From positions 1,922,001 through 1,986,000 of the forward strand of contig NC_088807.1 in NCBI RefSeq assembly GCF_011386835.1: a stretch of 64,000 nt of DNA, given 5' to 3'. Source of the DNA: Chrysemys picta bellii (Eukaryota). The notes under the pieces were generated by a model, which was not told the DNA's origin, did not search any database, and was given only the letters and a program-made list of their open reading frames with translations. Of the stretch, positions 61,801 to 64,000 are shown piece after piece (the stretch's first letter is position 1; each line of letters starts with the position of its first letter). Position numbers and translations under genes: made by a program.

Positions 61801-62378
61801 AATGAGTCTGGGGGTCAAGAAACCTGGGTCCTATCCCCAGCCGGATCACCAACTGCTGCCAAACCTTGAGCAAATCCCTTCCCCAGGCTGCGTCTCAGTT
61901 TCCCTACAAGGAGTCGTATCCACCTCACAGCTTCATTCATCAGCTGCAGAACCAGCAAGGACGTCGACAGGGTTTTAAAGCCGGAAGCATCTGTCTACAG
62001 GAGAACGCAATGAAAGCAGCGCTTGCTACAGCAAAACACCGTCAACTCTCCTGCTGGAGACGCTTCCTGCAGCCACGGATCAGAGCAGCTGGCCCGAGCT
62101 GACCGCAAAGAGATCTTTGTTCCGGCCCTTGCCGAGAAACACCCAACCACACAACAGCAGAGCGGCTCTGCCCCCACCGTGGATCTCCTGGGCTGGAGCC
62201 ACAAATGGAGGGTCTAATGGGTCTGGTTTTGCAATGTCATCAGCAAAAAGAGGAGGAGGGGAAAAAAGGCCAGCAGGGAGCTTCAGTAAACCCAGGCAGC
62301 TGGGAAATTGGGCTGAAGGCGGGGGGGGGGGGGGAGGGGGGGCAGATTTCCCTGTGCTAAACACGGGACACCTGGTAA

Positions 62379-62845
62379 AATCAGAGAATCATAGACTATC
62401 AGGGTCGGAAGGGACCTCATGAGGTATCTAGTCCAATCCCCTGCTCAAAGCAGGACCAACCCCAACTAAATCATCCCAGCCAGGGCTTTGTCAAGCCGGG
62501 CCTTAAAAACCTCTAAGGAAGGAGATTCCACCACCTCCCTCGGGAACCCATTCCAGTGCTTCACCACCCTCCTAGTGAAATAGTGTTTCCTAATATCCAA
62601 CTGAGACCTCCCCCACTGCAACTTGAGACCATTGCTCCTTGTTTTGTCATCTGCCACCACTGAGAACAGCCGAGCTCCATCCTCTTTGGAACCCCCCTTC
62701 AGGTAGTTGAAAGCAGCTATCAAACCCCCCTCACTCTTCTCTTCTGCGACTAAACAATCCCAGTTCCCTCAGCCTCTCCTCATAAGTCATGTGCTCCAGC
62801 CCCCTCATCATTTTTGTTGCCCTCTGCTGGACTCTTTCCAATTTT
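62379..62845 (-). mobile_element. CR1 3' fragment, same subfamily as 33654-35021
   Basis: [25 protein letters not shown]...[10 protein letters not shown]; agaatcatag tail. Confidence 0.95.
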
Positions 62846-64000
62846 CCCACAACATTTCCCCCCCACACACACACAGGGAGAGGTTACGTGTGCAGCCGCA
62901 CACACACATTCCCGTACATCTCTCTCACCAACCGACTGGACCCTCCCTGCCCAACACTCTCCGTCCTCCACCTCTGGCTGGGCCCCCGGGACGGACCTGC
63001 CTCTCCTGGTACCTGGCACCATGTCTTCCTGAGGCAACACATGGGGGTGGGGGGGAACTTAGGGTCTCACATCCCTCTCCCCAGATTTCTGCCAGGGTTC
63101 ACACCAGAGTGTGGCCAGCAGCAGCCCCACACTCCCCAGGGGCAGGACCCAGGGCGAGAGGGGGACTAAGCCCCTGCCCGGGGGAGCTGCTGTGTGCCTG
63201 TGGGGTTGGGATAGGAACAGGCTGGAAATCGCTTCCCCCCCCCCCCCAACGTTGAGCTGCCCCGTGGAGAGGCTGCCCCGTGCCAGCGCTGTGTGGGGCT
63301 TTGACACACGCAGGGTTTGGCTCTTCCTGGCCAGCGCCCCGGGCCAGAGGGTCTTGGGCTTTCCCAGGGCACCGGCCCAGCCAGAGGAGGTGGGGGAAGG
63401 AAGGCACCTGCCGGCCGGGCTGCTGGTGAGCTAAGCGCTCCGACCAGGGGCTGGTTCTCCGCCTGGCGCTGGTAGCAGGATGCACCTGCTGGGGGGGGAT
63501 ACGGAGGAGCAGCAGGGCTGGGGGGCGAAGCCGGGAGAGGACAGCAAGAGGGGGAGCACGTAAAGGGCCCATGGGTGGGCAGCAGAGGGAACACGTAACC
63601 GGCTACTGCCTAGTGCCTGCCCACACTCACCAGCCACCGCAGCGCGCAGCCAGGGGGGCCCTGCTAGCCGAGAGCCGGCACACAGCGGGGGCTGCGCTGA
63701 CAGACCAGCAGGGGGAGCGGACGGCCGCACACGCTGCATCTTCGCCCCGTCACCAGCCTTGCACCCCCACCATCGGCCATCAGAGCCCCCTCCACCACCA
63801 ACACTCACAGTTCTAGCCCTCATGGCTGCAGAGGAAAAACTCTGGCCTCAGCATACTCTAGACTAGAGGCTCAAAACCACCCAGCAGGTTAATCAGAGGA
63901 ACTCCAAACTCATGATTTGAAATGCCCTGATCCTTAAGCCAATCTCCCGCTCTTTGGGGCTCGCCTCCTGATTTTTTAAACGCTTGAGGTTAGCGCTCCT

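Overview
Very GC-rich vertebrate genomic DNA, almost certainly from a turtle: it carries a tortoise-type Pol III/SINE, turtle-type CR1 LINEs and dispersed minisatellites. It is syntenic with the human 19q13.2 block B9D2(-), TMEM91(+), EXOSC5(-), BCKDHA(+), B3GNT8(-), DMAC2/ATP5SL(-). I reconstructed all coding exons by hand with splice sites and phases, except DMAC2 exon 1. B9D2 (175 aa), BCKDHA (433 aa) and B3GNT8 (403 aa) are intact. TMEM91 and EXOSC5 each carry a +1 frameshift in a C homopolymer, most likely consensus errors. EXOSC5 intron 3 is a U12-type minor intron. The most unusual element is a 1.4-kb minisatellite in EXOSC5 intron 1. Its unit combines a direct copy of the exon-1 end plus splice donor with an inverted copy of the same exon's start-codon region. 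Other observations are a minisatellite seeded from the B9D2 stop codon, tandem arrays of tRNA-like SINE heads, a three-level nested retroelement, a 21-bp microinversion in a CR1 and a pre-miRNA-like hairpin. Most long ORFs in the track are GC/repeat artefacts. There is a 10-N gap at 30688-30697. Comparisons with human proteins are from memory; no searches were run.
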